Assembly: GCA_964016885.1 (NCBI GenBank)
Contig: OZ024741.1
Coordinates: 145,452,001 to 145,516,000 of the forward strand
Reading direction: 5' to 3'
DNA: 64,000 nucleotides
Source: Eledone cirrhosa
Lineage: Eukaryota
Part shown: piece after piece, positions 50,047 through 64,000 of the stretch
Layout: the number at the start of each line of letters is the position of its first letter
Position numbering within the stretch: position 1 is the stretch's first letter
The notes under the pieces: model-generated
Told to the model about the DNA's origin: nothing
Databases searched by the model: none
Seen by the model: only the letters and a program-made list of their open reading frames with translations
Made by a program: the position numbers and the translations under genes

Positions 50047-53000
50047 TATATATATATATATTATTATAAATGTAAGCTATCGCCATATTTTGACTAAAGA
50101 AATTAAAGAAATTATTTAGTCTGATAGTGGGGTTAAGAAATATATATATATATATATAGTACATAATTGTAGTCAAACATTTCCCACACTATACAGTTAA
50201 GAAAGAAGGAGGAAAAGTTATTTGTTTTACTATGAAAAGTATATTTTTTTACATGGTGATAACAATAGATATTTGAGGGTGTAATGTAGCAATTTTCTAT
50301 CATTCATTGTTTTGACGGCAGAATGTACAAAAGGAAGAGTTTGGTTCATTTTATTAGCTTTTATTCTTTTGTATAGAGGCAACTGTATTGAACAGAGAAG
50401 CTTTCAGGCTTGGCACAGGAATGAAGAAAACTAGACAGGAAGAGGTTGATTTGAAATTGCACACTTACTATTGATGATGATATTCCCTTAAAGAGAGGTA
50501 TAATCTTGAGTACAATAAAGTACAATAGTTACATGACATTTGTTGAAAGAATTCCAGACAGTTTAAAGAATTACCAGCAACAAGTGGTAGCTGTTTAATG
50601 GTTGCCAAATTTATTAATAAATTCTTTACAACAGTTTTTATAATAGCAATGTTTCGTAATGGTTGTTCCATTTACACCATTTTTCTGGTGAGCAGCTTGT
50701 TACATTCTGTGGTTTAGATTGTTTGGTATATTATATACAGAGGAATGTTAGCATATATATATATATATAATCTCAAGGGCCTGAGGAAAGTTGTGAGGGT
50801 TGGCAATGGTAAAAGAAATCAATGAATGAAATTTGCAAACACGAATCACTTGTTCTTACTTAACTCCAGGTCAGTGCTGACCAAACTGACTTATGATCAC
50901 AGGCATGACAAAGCAATCATTTTCCTTCCACAGATACAAGGTAACCAGGAACAAAAACAACTGCTACCGCTACTATTGCCACCACCACCACACTCATCAA
51001 CCTATTATGACCATTTGCCAGGCTGTTATGAGTTATGGACGTTTTACAAGCTGAGTCAATTTCAGTTACAATTATTCTATACAGTTTGCACATTTGAATT
51101 TGGGCAAATGATCACTTAGATGCACCCTCATTGGTGTATTATGAATTAGTTTATATACTGACGTGAATTCAAATGTTTAAGCTATGCCCTTCTTCAGAAA
51201 AAGAAGTCAAATGACTGATTTCTCCATAGAATGGTTCTGTCATAAATTTTAGAATGCACATCTGCATCAGGGAATAAGAACTTATTCATTTTTGAGAATG
51301 ATATCATATCGTAAATAGGTAAGCAAGATCTATGAGCATTTCTCTATCTAGAAGCGGATTCACTGTATTTGCAATTTTGTGGGGATAAACATCTAAGTTA
51401 TTCACCAAAAGATTCTAATAACCTGACAATAATATGAAAATATCCATTATGGTATTTATTGACAATGAAGTTTTAATGAAAGATTGAATTATGAAGGCTA
51501 ATGTGCAAAATGTATAATGTATAGCTGAGTGTATCTAGTTTAGAATATGTTGTAAGCAGCAACTCTGGGCATATGGCCATCACACATCCATACAAAAAGG
51601 ATCTCATGATGAATAGGAAACCTATCATAGGGATAACCCATGCTTTTGCTGAGAAATGGCCTTAAAATGCTTTTTGTGTTGATGGTTAATGTAGTTCTAA
51701 AAGCAAAACAACCTATATTGTCAAGATATTTATCATACTTTCATAGTAAATGTAATCATATATATGTATGGATATTGGCCTTATGACTATAATATATTCA
51801 TATATATATGACTATAATATATTCATATATATATATGTGTATGTGTGTGTAGATATAAATATATTATAGTCATAATGCCAATATTCATACATATGTATAG
51901 GAGGATATGTAGAATTTGTAACATTGAATATGTACTCATTACTGTATTTTCATCGTTTTTTTCTTATACAATATATATTTAAATCGATTAAGAGTAGTGA
52001 ACTAAGTAGAAAGGTATGCCTCTATCTCCATGTGTGGTTTGTGTCACAGACCCCAATTGTGACACATCTCTAAAACTAAATTCCTTGTAAAAACTTTGTA
52101 GTTTTTATCTTGGCCATATAGGATTTGCAATATTCCACACATAAATCTTCACCAATATTTTCTCCATTAATGTGGCTCCATTACTAATTAAAAAACACTT
52201 GGAGCTGAATTTACATTGAATGGTAGAATGTGCTTTAAAGAAATTCTTCAACTTCATTGTTTGGAAAAACAATAGACATAAATATTTATAAAATAGTTTT
52301 ACAGATTCTTTAAAAATCTTCAAACATCAACCTAATAATGAGCAAGTTAGTTATTTTACTAAATCCTGCCAAATTTTTTATTATGTCAAAAATTAATTAA
52401 AATTCATAGGCAATGTTTTTTTTTTGAAATATGGTTATGAAAGGTTTAATTAATTAGCTTGTTGTCTGATACTGTATCCACTTAGTTCATCTTGTTCTTA
52501 TATGAAAATTTAATGAGAGAAATATCAAGTGGCTACATTGGGTTTGTGTTTGAAAAGGCCAGACATGCTGGTGTAATGTGTTGAAAAGAAATACTTAAGA
52601 TTTAGGCAAATCACTTCATTGAGAAGTATGAGAGTATGAGCTTTGGCCTGCTGATGACAATTCTAGTGATAGAATACAAACACCATGAAACAGTACTTAG
52701 TTAGTAGTCTGGTGCCCTAACAACTTCCCTTGCCTGTGACTATTGTTAAGCAATTCCTGCATAGAATCACTCTAGGTAACAAAAAGTGTCTATTATTTTT
52801 AGATCATGTGGACAGTAATAATGAATGTCGAGGGATTTAGTACTATAATTAACTTTATCATTAAACTCATGTTTGAATCATAACTTAAGGAAGATTCTTA
52901 CATAGAATTATGATGGACGGTTTTTGATGAATATAAACATTTTAATATAAATAGTTTCATATTATAGAACAAGTAGTGCTTTCAGGTGGTTTGGAATCAA

Positions 53001-54048
53001 AAGGGTTAAAGCCATTTTCCTTGCTCAAACAGGAGTTAGCCATGCAAGGCTCCATGACAGGCTTCATACACATCAAGAGGTCTTATTTGAGGAAAGGTTT
53101 TATGTTTGAATGCTTTTCTTGGGGCCAACAATTTTAGTTACCTTTGATAATATTATATCTATTTTAAAAACCAGTATATACATCAGAGATATCATACTCT
53201 AGTTAACTTTTATGATACTACTTTTGCTTTTCATAAATGTATTTTGATAAATCCTTCATTGATATTCATTATTACATACTTAAAATGAAAGCAACAATTG
53301 TATGAAAAATACATTCACTATAAAACAAAGAAGTAATAAAAAATAATTATATTATGACTTCAAATGAAAAGCAAACTATTTAAAATCTGATTAGGTTTTA
53401 ATACTGAATTTTGGTGACATTATCTTTACAAAAACATTGTCTGTATTTGAAATTCAATTTGTTTGGTAAGCCTTTGAAAATCAAACCAAATTTTAATTTG
53501 TGTTATTGTCTCTTTAGAAATAATATACTAATAATGAATTGTATTTTTGGTTTGTTTTTCTTTTATATATTCTGGGATGTGTGTGTGCATGCGTGTTGTT
53601 TGCCTTATTTAAAAATCTTGTAAGCCATCAGATAAAATATTGTTGTAAGCAGATTGGCAATAGAAGCCTGTCCCTCTGTGAATAATACCTAGCAGTATAT
53701 ATATATAGACATGACAACTTCCTTAGTGTTTGTGATCTACATAATAAAGGATAACCCACTATACTCTCTAAAGTGATTGGCAATAGGAAGATCATCCAGC
53801 CATAGAAAATCTGCCAAACGATGGGTTGGGAAGACTTTTCAGTTATGTCAAACATATGACAATTTTTCTAGTGTTGGTGCCATGATAAAATGCACTCAGT
53901 AGAGCATAGGATCGTATACCAGGTCCCCAAACCACCTTCAGATCAGCAGCTCCACTTGAGTACTAAGGTAGACCCTGATGCATGTCAAACGATTGCTAGC
54001 AGGGAAAACAGACATTAAATGACGATGATGATTATATATATCTATATC

Positions 54049-54090
<42 letters not shown>

Positions 54091-55505
54091 TGTTCACACA
54101 CATACATAGGCATATAGGCATGGCTGACTATAGGCACAGACAAGTCTGCGTACTTAGAATACCCACTTTGCAACCACATGATCTTAGGTTGTATCTCCCT
54201 GTTTGGCACCCTGAGCAAATGTCTTCTACTATAGCCTCAGTTTAACCAATGTCTTTTGAGTGAATTCGGTAGATGGAAACTCTAAGGAAGCCTGTCATAT
54301 GTGTGTATGTTTGTCAATTCTTTTTACATTTGACATTGTGATCTTGCTTCTCCATGGCCATATGTGCAAGGATTGTATGACTAATAGACCAAGAATCTCT
54401 TATAGACAATGCTTATGCAGACCACAGCATATATAAGAAGTTTGAAAAGAAATTTAATGTAGAAATTAGAAGCCTCTGTTTGAAATGACTCACATGTAAA
54501 CATAGTTTCTACTATTTCTTTTAAACACAGGAAAAACCATAAGTGATTATCTTTATGTGTTTTAGAGAATTTTGTCTGCTTATCAGAATATAACTGCTTG
54601 TATGATTCAGTCTATAAAAGGACCTTGTTAGCATTATTATTTATATCAAGCAGAGTAGAGAACCTAACTGAAACGGCCAGTCTAATTTGTATGATATAGA
54701 TTCATTGAGCAATGTGTTTAAGACTTTTGCTACGATATTTCTGATGATATATACTGTATTTCAATTAATTACTGAAGAATTTTTGAGGAAGTACTAGAAT
54801 TATTATTCCATTACTAATATAGCAACTTAACATACGGTTCTTATATCAAATTATATTGGAAAATTTTAACATAAATTGGAACCCTTTAAAATAGATAGCT
54901 TTGTTTCATAGAACCAAAGTCAGCTTTGGCTGTGTTGGCATCAAAAGAGTTGATTAAATTTCTTATAACACTTTTGCAAACGTCTTTACTCTTTATTCTA
55001 GGCACATCATTAATTCATCTTACCAACTGTGGTAAAATTAGGAAATGTCTGTTTCTCAATGTATGTAGTAAAAAAACAGGTCAGTAAAAAAGAATTGTTT
55101 GCAAAGAGAAAGAAAAAATGAGAAAAAAAAACGAATCAAAATAGATTACTATTCTAACATCTTTCACCAATAAATATTTACACCAAATATTGCAAAAATA
55201 AACGACTTTCCCGTTGATATATTGTTCCATTTAATTTTATCTCTTGTGTTTTTACCACAACGAAATCAAGATTCTGTAGAAACAACAACAATAAAAATAT
55301 AAACAAAAAGATAATACATAGAATTATTTGAAGTTGTATGGCTCCACAAACAATTACTTTGGACATTGGAGGAACGAGGTCTGCAATTAAGCTATTAATA
55401 CTTGAAAAAATAGAATCATAAAATTCAATCTGTTTGCAGTCAAATCACACAATAATTGCATATATATGCACACACACACACACATACAGATATAAACATA
55501 TGCAT

Positions 55506-55608
<103 letters not shown>

Positions 55609-55640
55609 GTGTGTGCATATGTATGTATGATATACATACT

Positions 55641-55672
<32 letters not shown>

Positions 55673-55914
55673 AGAGTAACTTCATGACTAGTTGAGGTGA
55701 CTTTTAAGACATTATATCTTATTAAGTAATACATTGCCTTGGCTCTCACACTTAGAACAAACTTCCCCTGCACCCACCTTTGCAATGCTATAAAAACTTT
55801 ATCTTTCATCTTTTTGCTTGAACAATATTGATTCCACATTCCTTTTTTTTTTACCATTATGTAAAAGAAGTCACACAAAAAAAAAAAAAAATATGGCTGT
55901 ATTGAATGGGGGCA

Positions 55915-55959
<45 letters not shown>

Positions 55960-56024
55960 GTTCTTTGAGTCTCAGTCATTGATGTTAGTTAACTGGAAAG
56001 TTTGTTGAAATGAATATCAACCTG

Positions 56025-56057
<33 letters not shown>

Positions 56058-57179
56058 AATCATTTTTTCAAAGTAAGAGTCACAGTATTGAAGAATAAAC
56101 AGAAGAGATAATTGAAGCCAGAGGTCAGAGGTTCAAAACGAGTAACAGGCACTGCACTGACACAACTTGATAAAATATCTTTAATGTAGTGTCCTCCATC
56201 AACTCAATCAACAATTATTATATCTTAAAAGTCACAGCTACTTGAAGCTTCTTTAAGCAAACACATTAGAAATTATGAAGGAAAAATATTCCATGTTTTC
56301 TTCACTTCTGACAAACTTTTAAGTTATGCTGCATCCTCTCACCTAATATTGATCAGTTCTTTTACTGTTTTGGAAAAAGTCACATCAAAACCTTACACAT
56401 AAACACACACACACATATATAAATAAATATATTCATACAAACACACACACATGTGAATATGTGCATAGCACATACATACATATAAACATACATACATGTA
56501 CACATACACCCATATTTATACATCGATTCATCCATACATATATAAACACGCACATGCATACACACATGTTCATATAAGCATACACAAACATACACAAACA
56601 TACATACATACATCTAAAACTTTAATGGCAGCTGAAAACTTCACAAAGTATTACCCCAAGATACTTGTTTTAAATCACTGGGTAACTGACAACAAAATCA
56701 AAATCAAATAAATAAATAGAAAAAATACACAAAAGCAAAGCCAATATTGAATATTGATTAAATAAAACTTTACCATAACCTTCGAAATGATAGAAAATTG
56801 TTTGCAGATTTGTATGACCATAATGAAATATATATAAACATTAACCATTTCATTACTACCCTGGTTGAAGCCAGCTCTGGTTCTATCAAACAAAACCACT
56901 CACTTCAAAGGATTGTTATTAAATTTAAATCTTTCAACATATTTTAAAATAAGAACCATATAGTAAGTTACTATTTTAGCAATTAGATAATTAATAATTT
57001 TAATAAACCAAGTAAAAGTTCTTCATCAATTAATTGAAATACAGTGTATTTCATTAGAAATGTAGGGATGAAAAGGTTAATAATACTTTACATGGGTGCC
57101 TTTGTGGTTAAGGAGTTTTCTTTGCATTCGTATAGTTTTGGGTTCAGTTCTACTGCATGACATTTTGGGTAGGTGTTTT

Positions 57180-57491
57180 CAGTGCTTCTCAAACTATCTG
57201 ATGTGGCGGACCGGCATTTTTTTTTTTCAATGTGCCACGTACCGCTAATATTTCGTAGTAATATTAATTTATACCGGAAACGATATATATAATGAATATA
57301 ATAATAGTTGACCATTTTTGTATCTTCTATTTATTTTGTAAACAAATAATACAATATCAAAACATATAAAAAAGTAATAAAAAAAATTCCTCAAATGATT
57401 CCTTAGCATGGCCTGGACACTGGCCGCGTACCGGTAGCTGATGGCTCGCATATCGGCACCGGTCCGCGGACCACCACTTTGAGTAGCACTG
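57180..57491. mobile_element. hAT (Charlie-like) MITE inserted in a SINE
   Basis: TIRs CAGTGCTTCTCAAA / TTTGAGTAGCACTG; right flank CTCTAG is a Charlie-like target; no left TSD recognisable; SINE halves on both sides. Confidence 0.75.
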
Positions 57492-58289
57492 CTCTAGTTG
57501 ATCAATGCTGTGTGTGGAATTTGGTAGACAGAAACTACAGAACTTATGTATATAAAAAGTAATGAGAACTGATCCCAAAATGCTGAGCCTTACACAGGAG
57601 ATGACAAAAGATCACAAGTGGAGGTAAGATATGCTGGGGGAGTTTCTTCAACACATGCAAGTAGGGAGAAATTTGCATATAATGATGACGAACATTACTT
57701 GCCTTAATTTGAATGAAAACAAATCTACTCAATTCAATGCTATCCACAAACTCAAGCAAACACAATCCATGAATCTATATTCAACCCCACTCACGAAACA
57801 CACCATACATTCCATAAAGTAAAAATCACATCCTTCAAAACCATACCCTAATCCTTCCAGCATAACAACAATCAATCTGCACCACTTAGTATGTATATGT
57901 ATGAAAATATATGCCTGTGCACGTGTCTGAGATATGGGTTTTTTATCTATGTATGTAGCATATATTTATAGATATGGGTGTTTATGTATGTGTTGAGAAA
58001 ATTCTTTAGTTGTGTCAAGGACATGACAATATTCCTAGAACTAGTGCCACAATAAAATAAATCTTGTACGTTTTGCATAGTGGTTGCTGTTAGAAAGGAC
58101 ATCCAGCCCTATAATCAATATCAAACAAATGGTTGAGAGGATTTTTCAGTTGTATCAAGGAAATGATAACCTCCCTAGATCATTGCATCTGTTTTGAACA
58201 GATGCAACACTCCAACAGACTACAGAAGCAACAAACATAAATGAACTCCAACCAAACTAAACAGAAAACATAAGTGGAATAGCACACAC

Positions 58290-58361
<72 letters not shown>

Positions 58362-58388
58362 TAATATATATATTAATATATATATATA

Positions 58389-60178
58389 CTAGAGATGAAA
58401 TTCCATACCTGGAATCAAGGCCTAGAATCTAAAGGTCTTAAAGTCAACCTGGCAAAGACTAAAGTCCTAGTAAGTAGAAGGGATAACAGGGCCTAGATCT
58501 CCTCAGGGAAATGGCCCTGCTCACTGTGCAGAAAAAAGTAGGTAGAAATGCCATTGTATGTACCAAATGCAAGCAATGGGTACACAAAAGATGTAGTGGG
58601 ATCTCAGGCAGGCTAACAAATAATGTAGGTTTTACTTGTGGCAGGTGCACAGGCGCAGTAAGTAGCAAGACCCCTCAAATTCTCAGATGGCTAGGTTGAA
58701 GTGGTAGATAGTTTCTGTTACCTGGGTGACCAAATCAGTAGTGGGGGAGAGTGTTCTGAAAGCACAGTAACCAGAGTGAGTTCGGGTTGGGGGAAATTCA
58801 GGGAGCTACTACCATTACTAACTTCAAAAGGTTTTTCTCTCAAAATGAAAGGCAGACTGTATGATACATGTATATGAACAACAATGTTGCACAGTGAGAC
58901 CTGGGCACTGTGTGCTGAGGACCTGCGAAGACTGAACAGAAATGAAGCCTTCGTGCTTCGCTGGATGTGCAATAGCAATATATGTGAATGGCAAAGCATA
59001 GATACACTGCATGAGAAATTAGGCTTAAGAGAGATCAGTTGTTGCATGCAGGAGAGGAGATTGCGTTGGTATGGACATGTGACGCGTATGAAGAATGACA
59101 ACTGTATAATAAGGTGCAGAGCAATCAAAGTCGATGGTAGCTGTGGTGTGGCAGGTGCTAGGAAGACATGGGACAAGGTAACAAAAGCTGACCTTGCACA
59201 ATTACACCTCTCAATAGCAATGACACAAGACCGCAACCTCAGGTGCTATGCAGTTCTACAGAAGACCCACCCTCTATTATTCTCAGGATGAGGCTTATAC
59301 CTAGTAGGTAACACCTTACTCAAACTTCTATCCCCTCTCATTCAACTCTCTTAGTGGTAACCATACCTCCTCTACTACCCTGTCCACATTTTTCACCAAG
59401 CTTCCTCCACCCTCCCTAGTCCCAAGACAAAAGTGCCCAGTCCTCACTGTAAAGTGGTTGTGTAGGTGTCATGACAAAGTTGCCCAGTTCACACTGTAAA
59501 GTGGTCGTGTAGGTGTCATGACAAAAAGTGTCTTGTCTACACTGTAATATGGTTATGTAGGTAACATGATATAAAACACCCAGCACACACTGTAAATGTG
59601 GCTGGCGGTAGGAAGAGCACCCAGCTGTAGAAACCAAGCCAAAATCTGCCTTGGGTGAGGTAAATAAGGGTCAGTCCGTCCTACTCATGAATGATGGACG
59701 CTAATCAACAAGGTTCATGATATATTCATGTGTATATATATGAAGTGTGTATGATATGTGTATGTATATGTATGATATGTGTATGTATATTACATGTATT
59801 GTACATGTTTTGTATATGCATGTAAATAGATGTATATATGTATGTCATAATCATGATATGTGCATGTATATATGTATATTACACTGGTTCCACAAATCAT
59901 CCAGGCCTCACTGTAAAGTGATCATCTAGGTGTCACATAAAAAAGCACCCAGCCCAAACTGTAAAGTTGATGTGTAAAAGACATGGCAAAAAGCACCCAG
60001 CACACACTGTCAATGTCGTTGGCATTAAGAAGGGCATCCAGCCATAGAAAACCAGTCAGAAACTATCCTATATGAGCAAGACACGGTCACCCGACCCAAC
60101 TTGCCTCTAAATGGGACAAACCCATCTAACCTATGTTAGCATGGAAGATAGACGTTAATCGATGATGATGATGATGAT
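58389..60178 (+). mobile_element. Older RTE LINE 3' portion with PHD finger and expanded 3'UTR unit array
   Basis: CTKCKQWVHKRC...FTCGRC, ETWALCAED, RLRWYGHV; 3'UTR units cactgtaaagtgg at 59430-59640 and 59900-60050; (TGA)n at 60161-60178. Confidence 0.85.
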
Positions 60179-60920
60179 TTATAAATATATATATATATAT
60201 GCATATTACATATATATATATGCATACACACACACACACATATATATATACATGAAAAGGCTAGATTAGAATGTTGATAATGAGGAAGATATAGACATAT
60301 TCAACCATAAATTGTGTAGTATTTTCAGCTTGTTAGCATCTCAGCTAATTTGGCAATAAGTGATAGATTCTAAAAATAAATAAGTCAATAGCAAGGATTT
60401 TTACTGAAACTTCTGTTGAAACCAAGCACTAATGACAAACACGGCAATGAATTTGTTAGAAAATATTTCCGCCTGAAGCAATAGAAGGATAGATACAACT
60501 TGGAATAAGATTTAGATAGATTCCAGTAACAAAATGTGTTGCAGCATCGTATGAACATTACAAAATTACTGGCATTATATGAGAAAATGTGAGAAATAGA
60601 TGAAAATAAATCTCTACAACTAAGTATGAAGAAACGTTTGGCATTAGCAAGCTGTCACATCAAGACATTATGGGGGGGTTGCATATTAGATGATACAACA
60701 TTTCAATGTAGTAATGCTAAAAATACATTAATACAGAATCACATTTCAGCAGTCTCACAATTTTTGTTAAAATTCCACACAACATGGAAGATTTATGCAA
60801 CAAACTTGAAGAACTAAGCTGCATGGAAGAGATAAGAGAAAATTCAATAGCATTTCCCAACTCATACAAACATGCACATATGTAATAATAATAATGATAA
60901 TAATAATAATGATGATAATA

Positions 60921-61610
60921 AATGGCTGCGCAAGAGCAGGCCCTCAAAACGAAGTGGTTGAAACACCATATTTACAAGGAGGAGGCTAGCCCACTGTGCA
61001 GGATCTGTGGAGAGAGAGAGGAGACTGTGGCTCACATTGTATCCGAGTGTAAACACCTAGCCCAGACTCACTATAAGGGCTGGAGACATGATGTGATGGG
61101 CAGGGTGATCCACTGGCACCTATCCAAATTAAACAATTTACCACATTCTGAGAAATGATATGAGCATAAGCCAGAGTCGGTGATAGAAAACGATCAGGTG
61201 AAGGTGCTGTGGGATTTTAGGATACAGACGGACAAGAAACTGGAACACAATAGACCTGAGCTGGTGGTTGTGGAGAAAGAAAAAAAAAGATTGTGCCTGA
61301 TTGTGGATGTGGCCTGCCCATTCGACACGAGAGTGCAAGAGAAGGAGAGGGAGAAAATTAACCGATACCAGGACTTAAAGTGGGAGGTAAAAAGGATTTG
61401 GAACTGCCATGTTTCCAGGGATGGTTAAAAAAAATTGGCCCCTTCACGCTTTTTGGAACGCTTCAAAAGGCATGCTTGCTGGGAACAACAAGAACCCTCC
61501 GATACGTCCCGAATATCTAAGGCTGCAGGTAGTGGCTTGATATTCATTTCAACAAACTTTCCAGTTAACTAACATCAATGACTGAGACTCAAAGAATAAT
61601 AATAATAATA
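60921..61610 (+). mobile_element. Dong/R4-clade retrotransposon 3' fragment in (TAA)n
   Basis: AAQEQAL.T, CRICGEREETVAHIVSEC, RHD, KVLWDFRIQTD, RPE, IVDVACPFD. (TAA)n on both sides; 52-bp deletion relative to the second copy. Confidence 0.9.
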
Positions 61611-63630
61611 TCACCGATGAAATCACCGGTGGTTATGTAACCATACATTCACCAATCCTCGATAAGAGTGTTTAAATGTTGAACCTAAACTGTTCGAATG
61701 ACAGTGAAGAGGAGACTGGAACGTCATGTGAAAGACTCTCACCCAGCAAGTGCTCCCTGGCCCAGCAGCAGGGACCTGGCTGTCATCCAAATACTGCTGG
61801 GGTTGGAGGAAGAAGAAGAAGGAAAGGGACAAGAACCAACTGGACGAAAGAATTTAATAGAACTGTCATGGAATGTTACCTGAAGAGTAACCCCAAGGAG
61901 AAAGGCTATAGGAAACGGATGCATAACATCTGGAACGAGATTGGTCTATTTAAATTAGAGGAAAAAAAATTGGCCGGGCAGGCTCGAGTAATAAGTACTA
62001 ATGGATGGATAAGCGAGTTGGAACTGGAGGAACTGAGCAGAGAGATTAGGTTGGAAATGGAGAGTGGAGTATGTCAGGAAAATGAGCCAGTGGGAAATAA
62101 AGGTGAGGAGGTTGAGAGACCTGAAGAAGCATCCGAAGCAGACAATGATCTGAATGCTGAAATAAATAACATCTGGAACAAAGATACGGCCATTGAGGAA
62201 ATGAATACTGACGGGCTAGGACAACATATGGTTAATATCCTGAACTTAGTGGTAGATGAAATGAACAATGATAGTGGAAAACCTATGAACCTAAGATTTG
62301 TACACAGGAAAAAGTTAAAAGAAACAACAGCTAAGGTAAACAAAGTCATCCCATACCTTGAGTCGAGGAACCTTCACCAATGCAACAAATATCCTCAAAG
62401 CAACAGCAAATGTGGTGAGGAATTTACTTGGCATAAAAGCGAGAGGAAACAACAAACAAGAAAGATAAGAACCTTGGTGGAAGAAACGACTGAATAGTCA
62501 AATCAAGGAAATGAAAAAAGACATTGGAAAGCTTCAGCCCCTACTGAATGGGACATTACAAAACATAGACACTAAAAATAGATTGGAAATAAAGTACAAA
62601 ACTAGGGGGAAAAAGCTAAATATTATCATAGAGAAACTGAAGCAAGGCATTGTAGCAAAAAGTGCAAAGATTAGGCGGTATGAGAGCAGAGTCAGTCAGT
62701 ATAGACAGAACCGCATGTTTGACAACAACCAGAAGATGTTGTTTGGGCAGCTTGAAGGGAAAGAAAGAGCCAACGACTTGATCCCTGAGACGGAACAGAC
62801 TAAGACATTCCGGAGAGGAATATGGGAGCAGGATGTTGAACATAATAGTCAGGCACTGTGGGTTGAGACAGTACAAAAGGAAATTAGTGAACAAGCACAC
62901 CAACAAGCTGATTTGAGTATCACAGTTGAAACTCTTAAAGGGCAGGCCAAAAAACTAAGGCTAGCCCACTGTAGGATCTGTGGAGGGAGAGAGGAGACTG
63001 TGGCTCACATTGTATCCGAGTGTAAACACCTAGCCCAGACTCACTATAAAGGCTGGAGATATGATGTGATAGGCAGGGTGATCCACTGGCATCTATGCAA
63101 ATTAAACAATTTACCACATTCTGGGAAGTGGTATGAGCATAAGCCAGAGTCGGTGATAGAAAACGATCAGGTGAAGGTGCTATGGGATTTTAGGATACAG
63201 ACGGACAAGAAATTAGAACACAATAAGCCTGACCTGGTGGTTTTCGACAAGGAAAAAAGATCGTGCCTGATTGTAGATGTAGCCTACACGTGAGTGCAAG
63301 AAAAGGAGAGGGAGAAAATTAACCGATACCAGGACTTAAAGTGGGAGTTAAGAAGAATTTGGAACTGCCATGAAGTCAAGGTCGTCCCAATTGTCATAGG
63401 CGCACTAGGTACTATCTCAAAGAGTTTCCAAGGATGGTTAAAGAAGATTAGTCCAGCCCTGCTTTTTGAAACACTTCAAAAGGCAAGCTTGCTGGGAGCA
63501 GCAAGAACCCTCTGATACGTCCTAAATATCTGAGGCTGCAGGTAGCAGCTTGATATTCATTTCAACAAACTTTCCAGTTAAATAACATCAATGACTGAGA
63601 CTCAAATAATAATAATAATAATAATAATAA
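61611..63630 (+). mobile_element. Dong/R4-clade element with 5' region and RLE but RT deleted
   Basis: N-terminus (WTKEFNRTVMECY...GYRKRMHNIW) and IRRYESRV..YRQNRMF are joined directly at about 62957 to the CCHC knuckle and RLE (KPDLVV, KINRYQDL, VPIVIGALG); (TAA)n tail. Confidence 0.9.
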
Positions 63631-63683
63631 GTGTTTCTACTTTTGACACAAGGCCAGCAATTATTCCAGTGCATTACTGGTAC

Positions 63684-64000
63684 AGGGATTTCTGGAAGTT
63701 GTCCATAGGCCCCGGCCCGAAAGTTCTTCCTGAGAGATTGGCTAGTTGATATTCGTCGACGACTAGAGTTTCCCCAAGTACGTCGTCGCTCTTCCTCTCC
63801 ACTAATCCTCTATAGAACGCTGAGGTGGAGTTTCCACCGATCACATTGACCGATTGGTTGAGGGCTGTGAGCGCCTGAAGACATTCCAGTCTCAAGTGCT
63901 CCCTCTCGGTCTTCGCTTGACCCAGGACTGCAGCTCCGTCAAGGAGACGAGCTGGGGAAAGACGCGTCTAGCAAACGGCGACCACACCTGATCACCGTCG
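63684..64000 (-). mobile_element. Possible degraded CRE-like RT N-terminal fragment abutting a truncated SINE (63631-63683)
   Basis: GC-rich block; LQALTAL...AFY.G....K....GETL loosely resembles the CRE pre-RT region. Confidence 0.35.

Noticed and set aside
49400-50119. Long ORFs rich in [12 protein letters not shown] (also 30519, 31284, 41614, 55387)
   Set aside because: These are translations of stop-free (TA)n/(CA)n microsatellites, not genes.
61610-61680. HDV-like ribozyme at the Dong 5' end
   Set aside because: Only a simple hairpin (atcaccg/cggtggt) is visible; I could not build the nested double pseudoknot by eye.

Overview
Eukaryotic, AT-rich, microsatellite-dense DNA made almost entirely of transposable-element relics. 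The repeat repertoire suggests an octopus/cephalopod genome (inference). I found no convincing cellular protein-coding gene. Contents: several copies of a young (TGA)n-tailed RTE-clade LINE with a C4HC3 PHD-type finger inserted inside the RT; CRE-clade and Dong/R4-clade RLE retrotransposons; a TIR-to-TIR but internally deleted Chapaev3-type DNA transposon with TTA TSD; MITEs; tRNA-derived SINEs; and at least four families of Penelope-like elements (GIY-YIG). The most interesting layer is a set of minimal type-I hammerhead ribozymes, mostly in PLE terminal repeats. These include a 148-bp palindrome carrying two opposite-polarity hammerheads (32141-32288) and a core-variant (CUGAAYGA) pair. There are also nested insertions with TSDs, a twin-priming-like PLE inversion and an RT-less Dong derivative. 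All calls were made by eye; boundaries of old fragments are approximate.
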